Shown piece after piece: positions 54,501-64,000 of a stretch of DNA of 64,000 bases (the first letter of the stretch is position 1; the number at the start of each line of letters is the position of its first letter). This stretch comes from Myxococcota bacterium. GTDB taxonomy: Bacteria; UBA10199; JADFYH01. Both the position numbers and the translations under genes were made by a program. The stretch is taken from contig JBPOIC010000027.1 of assembly GCA_052034865.1 (NCBI GenBank), forward strand, positions 9,923 to 73,922, given 5' to 3'. The notes beneath the pieces were generated by a model. The model was given only the letters and a program-made list of their open reading frames with translations, was not told the origin of the DNA and did no database searches.

Positions 54501-56147
54501 ATGAAAATTGCCCTCGCCCAAATCAACACCACTGTCGGTGATTTCGATCTGAATTTGAAAAAGGTGATCGATTTTATCACCCAGGCCAAAAAAGCAAAAG
54601 CAAACCTTGTCGTTTTTCCAGAACTCACGCTCACCGGGTATCCCCCTCAAGATCTTCTGGAACACCCGGATTTTATCGATCGAAATCTGAAGACATTGAA
54701 CGAAGCTGCCAGGGCGGCAGAGGGCATTGATATGCTGCTAGGCTATGTCGATCGAAACACCGAAAAACATGGGTGTCCTTTGCGCAATGCGGTTGCCTTT
54801 TGTCGCGATGGAAAAGTTGAGGCAACCTTTTTTAAACACCTTCTTCCCAACTATGATGTGTTCGATGAAGAGCGTTTTTTTGAGCCGGGATCGGAAATCG
54901 AAATTTTAAAATTTAAAAATGGTTTAAAGGCAGGAATTTCCATTTGCGAAGATGCGTGGAACGACAAAGATTTTTGGCAGAATCGCCGCTATGCAAACGA
55001 TCCCATCATAGCTCAGGCAAAAAGGGGAGTGGATCTTTTCATCAATCTTTCAGCTTCGCCTTACTTTGTCGGCAAAGAGCGCCTGCGCGCAAAAATGTTG
55101 CAGGCCATGTCCCGCCGATATCAAAAACCATTTCTCTTCACCAACCTCGTCGGAGGAAATGACCAGCTGATCTTTGATGGACAAAGCTTTTCCATAAATT
55201 CAAAGGGAGAGATTATCGCTGTTGCACGTGCATTTGAGGAAGATTTACTCGTGGTCGATTTAAGCGAAATTGAATCTCAACCTGTCTTAGAATTTTCAGA
55301 TTCAAAAGAGCAGGATCTTCAGTCACTCTATGACACCCTGGTGTTGGGTACTCGTGATTATGTTCGAAAGTGTGGATTTAAAAAAGTATTGATCGGTCTT
55401 TCGGGTGGGATTGATTCTTCCCTCGTCGCGCTTATTGCTGTCGATGCTTTGGGTGCAGAAAACGTAACGGGCGTTGCCATGCCGTCTCCTTACTCCAGCG
55501 CGGGGAGTGTCGACGATGCCAAAGCGCTCGCTGAATCGTTAAAGATTGAGTTCCTCCAATACCCCATCCACACAGTGTTTGAGACCTATCGCCAATTACT
55601 CCCCTTAGAAAATAAACAGGTAGGACCCGATCTCGCTGAAGAAAACCTGCAAGCGCGCATTCGCGGAAATATCTTAATGTCTCTTTCTAATCGTTACGGG
55701 AAAATGGTTTTAACGACGGGCAATAAATCTGAAATCGCGGTGGGCTACTGCACTTTGTATGGAGATATGTGTGGGGGCTTGGCTGTCATCTCCGATGTAC
55801 CAAAAACGCAAGTCTTCGAGCTGTGTTATTTTCTCCAAAAAATACGTCAAGTCTTTCCACCGAACGTCTTGACCAAACCGCCGAGCGCCGAGCTTCGCCC
55901 CAACCAAAAGGACGAAGACAGTCTGCCGCCTTACGCCGTTCTCGATCCTATTTTAAAAGCGTATGTCGAGGATCACCTTTCGCTTAAACAGATTGTCGAA
56001 AAAGGATTTGATCTTAAGACCGTCGCCCGTGTGTTACGTCTAGTCGATTTGAGTGAGTATAAGCGGTATCAGATGGCGCCGGGTATCAAGATTTCCCCGA
56101 AGGCGTTTGGGATGGGAAGACGATATCCCATTGCGCGGAAGGTGTGA
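54501..56147 (+). CDS. nadE: glutamine-dependent NAD+ synthetase
   Basis: N-terminal CN-hydrolase domain (MKIALAQINTTVGD, ICEDAW) plus the synthetase domain GLSGGIDSS. ATG at 54501. Confidence 0.93.
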   Translation: MKIALAQINTTVGDFDLNLKKVIDFITQAKKAKANLVVFPELTLTGYPPQDLLEHPDFIDRNLKTLNEAARAAEGIDMLLGYVDRNTEKHGCPLRNAVAFCRDGKVEATFFKHLLPNYDVFDEERFFEPGSEIEILKFKNGLKAGISICEDAWNDKDFWQNRRYANDPIIAQAKRGVDLFINLSASPYFVGKERLRAKMLQAMSRRYQKPFLFTNLVGGNDQLIFDGQSFSINSKGEIIAVARAFEEDLLVVDLSEIESQPVLEFSDSKEQDLQSLYDTLVLGTRDYVRKCGFKKVLIGLSGGIDSSLVALIAVDALGAENVTGVAMPSPYSSAGSVDDAKALAESLKIEFLQYPIHTVFETYRQLLPLENKQVGPDLAEENLQARIRGNILMSLSNRYGKMVLTTGNKSEIAVGYCTLYGDMCGGLAVISDVPKTQVFELCYFLQKIRQVFPPNVLTKPPSAELRPNQKDEDSLPPYAVLDPILKAYVEDHLSLKQIVEKGFDLKTVARVLRLVDLSEYKRYQMAPGIKISPKAFGMGRRYPIARKV

Positions 56148-56378
56148 GCGTAGTTGAGAGAGTAAGGTCTCTTTCAATATATTTCTATCCACCGACTTTA
56201 TTTCACTCGTAAAACAATCTTCTGTTTCCCCACCCTCCATTCTTATACCCTCCCTCAGTGCCAGGCACGCGAGTAACAGCCTGATAAATAATGTCATTTA
56301 TGATTAACGCTTAATCATCTGTGGATAAGTAATGCCAGTTGGGTGGAAAAAATTGAGGAATGGTTAGATAAGAAGCGT

Positions 56379-57398
56379 CTACTTTTTTCTTTGAATCATG
56401 TAATCGGCCAGCAAGAGAAGGGATTGCTTAAAGGGAGAGTCGGGGTAGACAGACAAAAGATCTTTGGCCTGCTGGATGAATTCCCTGGCTTTATCGAGGG
56501 TATATTGAATGCCGCGATATTCGTTGATGATGGCTAAAATTTCTTTCAGCTCATCTTGGAGTGCTTTGGGATTTTCAAGCACATGTTGAATGCGGGATCG
56601 CTGGGCTGAGTTACACGAGCGGAGCGTATAGATAAGAGGAAGGGTAAGTTTTCCTTCTTTCAGATCAGTTCCAACTTCTTTGCCGATTTCTTCATCCGAC
56701 GAAATATAATCGAGAGCATCATCTGCCAGCTGAAACGCCATCCCCAAACAATATCCAAACTGACGAACTCTTTCCTGATCCTCTTTGCTCGCCCGTCCCG
56801 ACAACGCACCCACCTGAGCTGCCGCAGCGATGAGGCAGGCCGTTTTATATTTGATGATTTCCAAATAGGATTCTTCCGAAAGGGCTGTGTTGTTGGATTT
56901 TACAATTTCCAACACCTCACCCTCAGTGGTTTCGGCAGTTACCTGAGCGACAATTCCTAAAACCTCGAGATCCCCTACGGTTGCGATGATGGAAGAGGCC
57001 TTGCAGTAAAGGTAATCTCCTACGAGCACACTCGCTTTATCTCCCCACAAAGAATTGGAAGAAACCCGCCCTCGCCTTAAAGACGCATGATCAATGACGT
57101 CATCGTGAAGTAAAGTAGCTGTGTGGATGAACTCGAAAACGCAGGCTAATTGAATGGCTTTTTGAAGCTGGCAATCAAACAGGCGGGAAGTCAGAATGCA
57201 AAGAATCGGACGAAGCCTTTTTCCACCCGAATGAACGATGTGGGAGGCAACTTGAGTCACCATCTCGACAGGGGAGTAGACCAGCGTGTGTAGGGTCTTT
57301 TCTATTTCCTCAAGTTCTGTGCGAATGGGGTAGCAAATAGATTCAAAGGAAGAAGCCGACATTGGCGCTGCGTTATCTTCTGAAATTTGCATTGTCAA
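56379..57398 (-). CDS. long-chain polyprenyl diphosphate synthase (IspB-like)
   Basis: LLHDDVID and FQLADDALDY aspartate-rich motifs. Confidence 0.88.
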   Translation of the reverse strand: MTMQISEDNAAPMSASSFESICYPIRTELEEIEKTLHTLVYSPVEMVTQVASHIVHSGGKRLRPILCILTSRLFDCQLQKAIQLACVFEFIHTATLLHDDVIDHASLRRGRVSSNSLWGDKASVLVGDYLYCKASSIIATVGDLEVLGIVAQVTAETTEGEVLEIVKSNNTALSEESYLEIIKYKTACLIAAAAQVGALSGRASKEDQERVRQFGYCLGMAFQLADDALDYISSDEEIGKEVGTDLKEGKLTLPLIYTLRSCNSAQRSRIQHVLENPKALQDELKEILAIINEYRGIQYTLDKAREFIQQAKDLLSVYPDSPFKQSLLLLADYMIQRKK

Positions 57399-57523
57399 AG
57401 TAAATTTTCAAATCAACTCGAAGCCTTAGACAACTTGCTTCTTGCGTTGGAAAGAAACGACTGTAAAATTTTTGTTGTTGTTTCCGGTAATTCAGAGTGT
57501 GCTTCAGTTGATTTGCGATGAGC

Positions 57524-57964
57524 TTAGGTAAAGGATGGAAAACGCGAAACAGAACGATCTTCCTCTTCTATCAATGCGTCTGGATCTGGGGCGACAGACT
57601 CTACAGCAATTTTTCCCATCGTGCAGTTTCCTTCATAAACCGCGCCTTCTTCAACCGCCAAAGCTGGAGTTCTGATGGTTGCCTGTACGTAGGCAGGAGG
57701 ACGCATTTCTATTTTTCTTGTGGCGTGAATGGTTCCCTGGACACGTCCACAAATGACGACGGTGGCGATTTCGATGGTCCCTTCGATATCGGCGTCTTCA
57801 CCAACGATGAGAGTTCCATCTGAAAAAATCTCTCCCCGAAATCGTCCATTAATCTGGACGCTTCCTTCAAACGTCAGCTTTCCATGAAATTCACAATTTC
57901 TATCGAGGATCGACTTTGCTGTTTGCTCTACCACTCTTAAACTTCTCTCTTTCTCTCCGAACAT
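57524..57964 (-). CDS. bactofilin (polymer-forming cytoskeletal protein)
   Basis: GKLTFEGSVQINGRFRGEIFSDGTLIVGEDADIEGTIEIATVVICGRVQGTIHA: the beta-helical DUF583 repeat pattern. Confidence 0.85.
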   Translation of the reverse strand: MFGEKERSLRVVEQTAKSILDRNCEFHGKLTFEGSVQINGRFRGEIFSDGTLIVGEDADIEGTIEIATVVICGRVQGTIHATRKIEMRPPAYVQATIRTPALAVEEGAVYEGNCTMGKIAVESVAPDPDALIEEEDRSVSRFPSFT

Positions 57965-58025
57965 ACATCCTCCTTGGTTGAGAAAAACACCTTATTTTGT
58001 ACAAACTCTAATACAATCTGAACAT

Positions 58026-58877
58026 CTAACCAATGATTGCATTAAAAATTCGATCCAAATCTTCCTGAGAATAATAATCGATGACGACTTTTCCTTTTTT
58101 ACCGTCGGGTTTGATTTTGACTCGGGTTCCCAGAATTTTTGTCATCTCATTTTCAATGAAGGAAAGCTGAGGATCTGCCACTTTTGTTTTGATGACTCTT
58201 TCTACCTGAATTCCTTCTTTTAATTTTTTCACCCAATCTTCAATTTCCCGTACCGATAGCCCCTCCTGAACAACCCTCTTGGCCATAGATTTTTGAAGCT
58301 CAATATCTTCAATTCCCAGCAAGGACCGCGCATGACCCATCGAGAGATTTCCTTCGATGATATCCCCTCGAATTTCCTCAGGAAGATTAAGAAGCCGCAG
58401 GGTATTGGCAACCGACGAACGATCTTTCCCTACCCGTTGGGCAACATCTTCTTGGGTGTAAGGATATTTTTCCATGAGCTGTTTGTAAGCCAAGGCTTCT
58501 TCTATGGGATTTAAATCCTGGCGTTGGATGTTTTCGATGAGAGCGAGTTCTAAGTTTTTATCGACGGAACTTTCGAGAACCACAACCGGAACTTTTTCGA
58601 GACCTGCCAGGCGAGAAGCTCGAAATCGGCGTTCACCTGCGATCAATTCATACTGACCCCCTTCAAGCTTTCGAACAATCAAGGGTTGAATGAGCCCTTG
58701 TTCACGAATAGATGCAGCGAGCTCGTCCAGTGCACTTTTATCGAAAAGTTTACGGGGCTGATCACGATTGGGAACGATTTCATCCAATGGGCATAAAAAA
58801 TAAGGGCTTGGTTCATTTTTTATTTCGGATGTCGGAATTAAAGAAGCCAGTCCTCTACCCAACGCCTTGTTTTGCAT
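58026..58877 (-). CDS. parB: chromosome partitioning protein ParB
   Basis: QPRK, LIQPLIVR, ELIAGERRFRA, HTH region. Confidence 0.93.
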   Translation of the reverse strand: MQNKALGRGLASLIPTSEIKNEPSPYFLCPLDEIVPNRDQPRKLFDKSALDELAASIREQGLIQPLIVRKLEGGQYELIAGERRFRASRLAGLEKVPVVVLESSVDKNLELALIENIQRQDLNPIEEALAYKQLMEKYPYTQEDVAQRVGKDRSSVANTLRLLNLPEEIRGDIIEGNLSMGHARSLLGIEDIELQKSMAKRVVQEGLSVREIEDWVKKLKEGIQVERVIKTKVADPQLSFIENEMTKILGTRVKIKPDGKKGKVVIDYYSQEDLDRIFNAIIG

Positions 58878-59709
58878 GAGCTACCTCCGCATAAATGGAA
58901 GAAGAATTATTATTTTGTACAATAGTTTGATTTCTAAGGATTTTAGAAGGATGCCTTTTTAAGACCTCTGCTGCAAAATCAAGATACGCAGCCGAGCCTT
59001 TTGATGTCGCATCATAAAGCAGAATGGGTTTTCCGTGCGAAGGGCTTTCGCTCAACTTCACGTTGCGAGGAATCAGAGAGGAGAACAACTTGCCTGGAAA
59101 ATAATTTTTGATCTCTTCCACCACCTGACGCGAAAGATTATTTCGCGAGTCAAACATGGTGAGCAGAATTCCCTCAACTTCTAAAGTTGGATTAAGATTG
59201 CTACGGATGAGCTCGATTGTTTTCAAAAGATCACTCAACCCTTCCAACGCATAGTATTCGCACTGAACTGGAACGATCACACTGTTCGCAGCCGTGAGGG
59301 CATTTACCGTTAGAAGGCTAAGAGAAGGTGGGCAGTCGACTACAACAAAATCGAACAAATCAGCGCAGGATTTTAAGATATTTTTCAATCGATATTCTCG
59401 AGCAAACTGACTGACTAACTCCAGATCGGCCGCAACGAGATCGGAATTGGAGGGAACAATCTTTAAATATTCTAAAGAGGTAGAATAAGTGACGTCTTGA
59501 ATCGTCACTTCACCCAAAAGGGCATGATAGGCATTTTTTTTAAATTGGTGCTTTGAAAAACCGAGGCCACTACCAGAATTTCCCTGAGGGTCCAGATCAA
59601 CCAGCAAAGTAGGACGCTCGGCTGCAGCAAACGCTGCAGCGAGGTTTACAGCGGTTGTAGTTTTACCCACACCACCTTTTTGATTGGAAATAGAAAAGAT
59701 ATGCGCCAC
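58855..59709 (-). CDS. parA: chromosome partitioning ATPase ParA/Soj (with ~30-aa C-terminal extension)
   Basis: ISNQKGGVGKTTTAVNLA deviant Walker A. The 3' end overlaps the parB start by 23 nt. Confidence 0.93.
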   Translation of the reverse strand: MAHIFSISNQKGGVGKTTTAVNLAAAFAAAERPTLLVDLDPQGNSGSGLGFSKHQFKKNAYHALLGEVTIQDVTYSTSLEYLKIVPSNSDLVAADLELVSQFAREYRLKNILKSCADLFDFVVVDCPPSLSLLTVNALTAANSVIVPVQCEYYALEGLSDLLKTIELIRSNLNPTLEVEGILLTMFDSRNNLSRQVVEEIKNYFPGKLFSSLIPRNVKLSESPSHGKPILLYDATSKGSAAYLDFAAEVLKRHPSKILRNQTIVQNNNSSSIYAEVAHAKQGVG

Positions 59710-59882
59710 AAACCCCTCATTTTGCGGGCCTTAGGGGGCCATACAAAGATTGAGCTTATGAAATTTGAAAATAGAAATTTTCTTACAGGAAGAAATTGGG
59801 AAAAACAATTTAAAATTGGTTTGAGAAGGCAATATTTATTAAGTGATGAAAATTTTAGTCAGGAGCTTACCTAAAGACCGAT

Positions 59883-60542
59883 TCAATTTTGCTTGTTCTT
59901 CAAATAAACCAAAATTTTTCTCTGAATTTTTGAAAAGGGGAGTATATAAGAAATTTCGTTTACTAAAGATAAGTTGGGAGAAGGAGAAAGTTCATCGTGA
60001 TTGGAAATCATTCCCAAAAAAAATCCTCCCTTGATAAGGCATTTTTCTGCGAGAGGAAGAATTTTAGGAAGAGGAATTGTTGCACGTGAAACAATTGTAT
60101 CGAATTGATTTTCGAATCCTAAAGAACTTAAACTTTGATGATCCAAATATTCACAAACTATTTCTACCTCTTTCAGCTTTAGCTCTCGAATAACGGTTGC
60201 CAAAAATGAGGCCTTTCTTCGATCTGCTTCAAGCAATACCAATTGAAGGGAAGTAAGAACGGACTTGATCATCAAACCAGGAAAGCCAGCCCCTGAACCA
60301 ATATCCAAGACCTTATTTGAGCTTGAAAGAAATGAAATGAGCGGCAAACAATCTAAAAAATTCTTTTCTAGAGACTCTTCTTGGGACTTATGAGCAGTGA
60401 GATTAATCTTATCATTCCATTTCATCAAGAGCTCAGCATAACTTTCCAAACGCACGACAACTTCCTCGGAAATCTTGTGAAGTTCCATCCGAGTCATACC
60501 TTCTAAAAGAAGCGACTGAAATTCATTCTTTACCATGAACAC
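59883..60542 (-). CDS. rsmG: 16S rRNA (guanine527-N7) methyltransferase
   Basis: KWNDKINLTA, VLDIGSGAGFPG. Confidence 0.9.
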   Translation of the reverse strand: MFMVKNEFQSLLLEGMTRMELHKISEEVVVRLESYAELLMKWNDKINLTAHKSQEESLEKNFLDCLPLISFLSSSNKVLDIGSGAGFPGLMIKSVLTSLQLVLLEADRRKASFLATVIRELKLKEVEIVCEYLDHQSLSSLGFENQFDTIVSRATIPLPKILPLAEKCLIKGGFFLGMISNHDELSPSPNLSLVNEISYILPFSKIQRKILVYLKNKQN

Positions 60543-60612
60543 TTCCCAGAATTTTATCTTTCTTAAAAAATCTTACCTGAAGCTTTTCCTGCATTTTTTT
60601 AGTTTCTGGCTA

Positions 60613-62517
60613 TTATTTTAAGGAATTGCTGAGATCACTCTTTCTCTTCCTCAAATTGATCATAAGAATGGAGATTGCAGCGGGTGTTATCCCAGAGATT
60701 CGAGAAGCTTGTCCCAAAGAAATCGGTCGGATTTTTTCTAGCTTTTCGACTACCTCTCTGGATAAGCCCGACATCGAGCGATAATCCATATCTTCAGGGA
60801 TGAATTGTCGATCCAAAGAGGAAAATTTATCCAAAAACTCTTCTTGCTTGGCGATATAGCCCTCGTATTTGATTCCAATCTCAACTTGCTCGCACACTTC
60901 ATGGTTGTATAAATCCAATTTAGACTTAAAACTTGGAAAAAGCTTAGCCATCCCCATCATATCCAACTCAGGCCTCTTCAAAAGCTCCTCAAAAGTAAGC
61001 GGCTTGTTTGTTTCGGCAAGCCCGTGGAACTTGAGAAGGGCATTTACCTCTTGAGTGGGTGTGATTTTGTTTGTTTTTAAGTAATTTTTTAGGGATTCAA
61101 TCCCCTGCAGTTTTTGTTGAAACCTTTCCCAATCCCCATCTTTCACCAACCCCACTTTACGGCCGACTTCGCGCAAGCGCAAATCTGCATTATCTTCTCG
61201 CAGCAAAAGTCTATATTCTGCCCGAGAGGTAAACATTCGGTAGGGCTCCTGCACGCCTTTAGTCACCAAATCATCAATCATGACACCGATATAGCCCTGT
61301 GACCGATCGATAATAATAGGGTCTAACCCTCTCAACCGTTGAATTGCATTAATCCCCGCCATCAACCCTTGAGCGGCGGCCTCTTCATAGCCAGAGGTTC
61401 CGTTGATTTGACCCGCCAAAAATAAATTCTTGATTCTTTTTGTTTCAAGTGAAGGGAAGAGTTGTGTGGGTGGAAGACAATCATATTCCACCGCGTATCC
61501 CGGCCGCACCATTTCGGCCTTCTCTAAACCAGGAACCGTTTTGAGCATTCCTAATTGGATATCGATCGGGAGACTGGTGGATAAACCATTGACATAGACT
61601 TCAAAAGTTTGATGCCCTTCCGGTTCTAAAAAGATTTGATGGCGACTCTTCTCAGGGAAGCGCATAACTTTATCTTCAATAGAAGGACAGTAACGAGGTC
61701 CAATACTTTTAATCGTCCCGTTGTACAGAGGGGATCGATCGATCCCCGAGCGGATAAAGCTGTGAGTTGCATCATTAGTATAAGTGATATAGCACGGAAC
61801 TTGTTGAAGCTCGATTTGGGTATTCGAAAATGAGAATAGACGCGGAGGGCTGTCTCCTGGCTGAGGTTCTAGAGCGGAATACTCAATCGTGCGGGCATCG
61901 AGCCTGGGGGGAGTTCCCGTTTTCATTCGAGACACCTCAAAACCCAATCTATTTAGACTCCCCGACAAGCCCATGGAGGCCATATCACCCGCTCGACCCC
62001 CTGTGATTTTGCGATCGCCATAATGCATCAACCCATTCATGAAGGTTCCGGCGGTTATGATGATGACCTTGGCGGGGTAAAAAACCCCTAAATTTGTCAC
62101 GACCCCTGAAACTTGATCTCCTTCAACCACCAACTCTTCAGCAAAGGCCTGCTTGATCCATAAATGGGGGGTATTCTCCAGCACTCGACGCATTTTGTTT
62201 TTATATTGGAGCTTATCACATTGGACGCGTGTTGCCTGAACCGCTGGACCCTTCTTGGTATTAAGCCGGCGGAATTGAATCCCTGTCGCATCTGTCACTT
62301 TTCCCATTTCGCCACCGAGGGCATCGATTTCTTTGACTAAATGCCCTTTCCCTAAACCACCAATGGCAGGATTACAGCTCATTTGAGCAATATTATCGAC
62401 ATTCGAGCTCAAAAGCAGGGTTTCAAAACCGCATCTCGCAGTTGCAAGGGACGCTTCGCACCCCGCATGCCCTCCACCCACAACAATCACATCATAAATT
62501 TTTTCAATTCTAATCAT
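60613..62517 (-). CDS. mnmG: tRNA uridine 5-carboxymethylaminomethyl modification enzyme
   Basis: [41 protein letters not shown] at 62517. Confidence 0.95.
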   Translation of the reverse strand: MIRIEKIYDVIVVGGGHAGCEASLATARCGFETLLLSSNVDNIAQMSCNPAIGGLGKGHLVKEIDALGGEMGKVTDATGIQFRRLNTKKGPAVQATRVQCDKLQYKNKMRRVLENTPHLWIKQAFAEELVVEGDQVSGVVTNLGVFYPAKVIIITAGTFMNGLMHYGDRKITGGRAGDMASMGLSGSLNRLGFEVSRMKTGTPPRLDARTIEYSALEPQPGDSPPRLFSFSNTQIELQQVPCYITYTNDATHSFIRSGIDRSPLYNGTIKSIGPRYCPSIEDKVMRFPEKSRHQIFLEPEGHQTFEVYVNGLSTSLPIDIQLGMLKTVPGLEKAEMVRPGYAVEYDCLPPTQLFPSLETKRIKNLFLAGQINGTSGYEEAAAQGLMAGINAIQRLRGLDPIIIDRSQGYIGVMIDDLVTKGVQEPYRMFTSRAEYRLLLREDNADLRLREVGRKVGLVKDGDWERFQQKLQGIESLKNYLKTNKITPTQEVNALLKFHGLAETNKPLTFEELLKRPELDMMGMAKLFPSFKSKLDLYNHEVCEQVEIGIKYEGYIAKQEEFLDKFSSLDRQFIPEDMDYRSMSGLSREVVEKLEKIRPISLGQASRISGITPAAISILMINLRKRKSDLSNSLK

Positions 62518-62637
62518 ACTATTTCGTAATGAATCCAAGTATGGAGAAAGAGTGCATCGGTAGACCTCAACTCAGATCACTTTAGCAATCTAATCCATTA
62601 AATTGAGACAAGTGGCAGTTCAATTCATCTTTTGACA

Positions 62638-62653
62638 AGTTTCACGTGAAACT
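62638..62653. promoter_or_regulatory. parS centromere site AGTTTCACGTGAAACT
   Basis: Perfect 16-bp palindrome matching 14/16 of the parS consensus TGTTNCACGTGAAACA. Lies next to the mnmG-rsmG-parAB cluster. Confidence 0.8.
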
Positions 62654-62655
62654 AA

Positions 62656-62689
62656 TATTATATATAATTTTATAAAATTATATATAATA
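62656..62689. repeat. 34-bp perfect palindrome made only of A/T (TATTATATATAATTTTATAAAATTATATATAATA)
   Basis: Base-by-base pairing checked by hand. Sits within an ~58-bp A/T-only tract (62654-62711), 2 nt from parS. Confidence 0.9.
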
Positions 62690-62722
62690 AAATTTAAGTT
62701 AATAAAATTATGTGTCCGCCTT

Positions 62723-63088
62723 CTATTTTGAGGACACTTCTGCCTCCTGTTTCTGATCTTTGACCGATTTGTTGGAGCCAGAATTTTCTTCTGTGAACGC
62801 GTCCTTGACGGCCCGTCCTGCCTTTTTGAATGCACGACCTGTGGCAAGAGCGCCCTTTTTGATTGCCCGTCCCGTCGCTTGAGCTCCTTTTTTAACCGCT
62901 CGACCTGCTTTATGAAGTCCATCCTCATCCGGATGAGATTCAGAAAATGAAGAAGAGGAGGAAGGGCGAGTATCCGTCAGGTTTTTTTCCTGAACAGAAG
63001 TCGCTGACCGGGCAGGGGTTAAAGAAAGATGAAAAATCAAAGTGAAAACCGCAAGCCTTAAAAAAACCGATGGAAATAATTTCTTCAT
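62723..63088 (-). CDS. small secreted protein with tandem basic repeats
   Basis: Signal peptide MKKLFPSVFLRLAVFTLIFHLSLTPARS. Repeats KAGRAVKKGAQATGRAIKKGALATGRAFKKAGRAVKDA. Confidence 0.6.
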   Translation of the reverse strand: MKKLFPSVFLRLAVFTLIFHLSLTPARSATSVQEKNLTDTRPSSSSSFSESHPDEDGLHKAGRAVKKGAQATGRAIKKGALATGRAFKKAGRAVKDAFTEENSGSNKSVKDQKQEAEVSSK

Positions 63089-63194
63089 GAGTGGTGTCCT
63101 TTATCAAAGAGAGGATTTATAAACATTAAACAGAAAACGAAATCAATAAACCTTAGACCCTCAAGCAAAGTAAGGGTCTTAAAAATTTTAAGAG

Positions 63195-63208
63195 CTATTT
63201 ATAAATAG
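63195..63208. promoter_or_regulatory. 14-bp perfect palindrome CTATTTATAAATAG in a divergent intergenic region
   Basis: Read directly from the sequence. Lies between the small secreted-protein gene (minus) and cysE (plus). Confidence 0.35.
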
Positions 63209-63383
63209 AAAGGGCGGATTTTGAATTCAATGGAGTGAAATAATGGGGCTGATCATTCAAAAGTTTCTTGATTCCCAAGCGAAGTGCTTTTACGGATAAA
63301 ACCTGATCCTCAAAATCCAGGAAAAGCCTCTTTGTAAAAAAATTTAAAACCCATTTCCTAACCTGAGGAAAAAATCATCCATT

Positions 63384-64000
63384 ATGAGCAAAGAATTCCT
63401 CTTAAAATCACTTAAAGAATCAAATCTCACCCTGCCCCAAAAAGATAAAATTGCCCTCTGCTTGGAAGGACTGTGCTTTTTGCTTTTTCCAGAGCATTGT
63501 CCGGCCCAATCCTTTGTGCAGGAAAAAACCAAAGAAGAAATGCTTGAAAAGGTCTGGAGTACCGTCCGCCAGGAACTTCTGGCGCAGATTTCCTTGGCCT
63601 TGCGTTGCCCACAGACACTGCCCGTCCAGGCGAATCGTCCATCCCTGGAAACTCTGGTAGATCAGTTTTTAGACGAGCTTTCGGAAATCCGTGAAAAATT
63701 ATTCATTGATGCCAAGGCCGCGTGCGATCGCGACCCAGCGGTAGAGAGTCTGGATGAAGTAATTCTTTGCTATCCGGGATTTCAGGCCCTGATGACTTAT
63801 CGGATTGCGCATGCCCTGGCGAAACAAAATGTACCTTTTCTACCAAGGATGATGAGTGAGATTGCCCATGCAAAAACAGGTTGCGATATTCATCCCGAAG
63901 CAAAAATTGGAGAAGGATTATTTATCGACCATGCGACGGGTGTGGTCATTGGCCAAACTTCCGTGGTCGGAGATCGTGTGACGATCTTTCAGGGGGTGAC
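63384..64000 (+). CDS. cysE: serine O-acetyltransferase (5' part, runs off the window)
   Basis: Not in the ORF track because there is no stop. My translation: MSKEFLLKSLKES...DPAVESLDEVILCYPGFQALMTYRIAHAL...IHPEAKIGEGLFIDHATGVVIGQTSVVGDRVTIFQGV (hexapeptide repeats). Confidence 0.88.
   Translation, partial: MSKEFLLKSLKESNLTLPQKDKIALCLEGLCFLLFPEHCPAQSFVQEKTKEEMLEKVWSTVRQELLAQISLALRCPQTLPVQANRPSLETLVDQFLDELSEIREKLFIDAKAACDRDPAVESLDEVILCYPGFQALMTYRIAHALAKQNVPFLPRMMSEIAHAKTGCDIHPEAKIGEGLFIDHATGVVIGQTSVVGDRVTIFQGV

Noticed and set aside
56150-56378. Perfect DnaA box (TGTGGATAA at 56320-56328) plus a TATCCAC-like site at about 56196, considered as oriC
   Set aside because: A single perfect 9-mer is expected by chance about once every two windows of this size. 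The region is a convergent terminator zone with no box cluster or DUE.
62539-62722. parS/A-T palindrome region considered as the replication origin
   Set aside because: I could not find DnaA-box matches better than 6/9 next to the A/T tract. It is kept as a finding for its structure only, not as an oriC call.
1-64000. Search for CRISPR arrays, transposases, integrases, phage genes, toxin-antitoxin pairs or known defence genes
   Set aside because: I saw no regularly spaced direct repeats. No ORF has recognisable transposase, integrase, nuclease-helicase or defence motifs. The window reads as core chromosome.

Overview
Bacterial chromosomal window with about 56 protein genes and one tRNA (tRNA-His). 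It is densely packed and mostly housekeeping: tsaD-rsmA, a deoxynucleoside kinase with panB-panC, radA, rplM-rpsI, metG-holB-tmk, hemL, ald, nadE, mltG-ruvX and a partial cysE. The right end carries the origin-proximal segregation cluster mnmG-rsmG-parA-parB, followed by a bactofilin gene. A 16-bp parS palindrome lies just upstream of mnmG. I found no CRISPR array, transposase, integrase, phage genes or recognisable defence genes, so I cannot point to a clear-cut novel system. DUF4416, a bactofilin next to parAB, sigma-54 promoters, an LVIVD lipoprotein and futalosine-type enzymes suggest a deltaproteobacterium- or Bdellovibrionota-like lineage; this is inference only. The best candidates for something undescribed are listed here. 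(1) A tightly overlapped four-gene operon: an AGPS-like flavoenzyme with an SHHHGIG motif, a decayed GlcE-like subunit, a GlcF/GlpC-like Fe-S protein and a DAG-kinase-family lipid kinase. (2) Three near-consensus sigma-54 promoters, each in front of an orphan gene, one of them upstream of a 934-aa PKD/LVIVD lipoprotein. (3) An orphan membrane protein with an annexin-like GTDE motif and proline-rich tracts. (4) Tandem paralogous secreted proteins embedded in a housekeeping operon. (5) A 34-bp perfect A/T-only palindrome abutting parS. (6) A dispersed intergenic repeat, with terminal inverted repeats in one copy. All functional calls come from reading the translations by eye. No database or HMM search was run.
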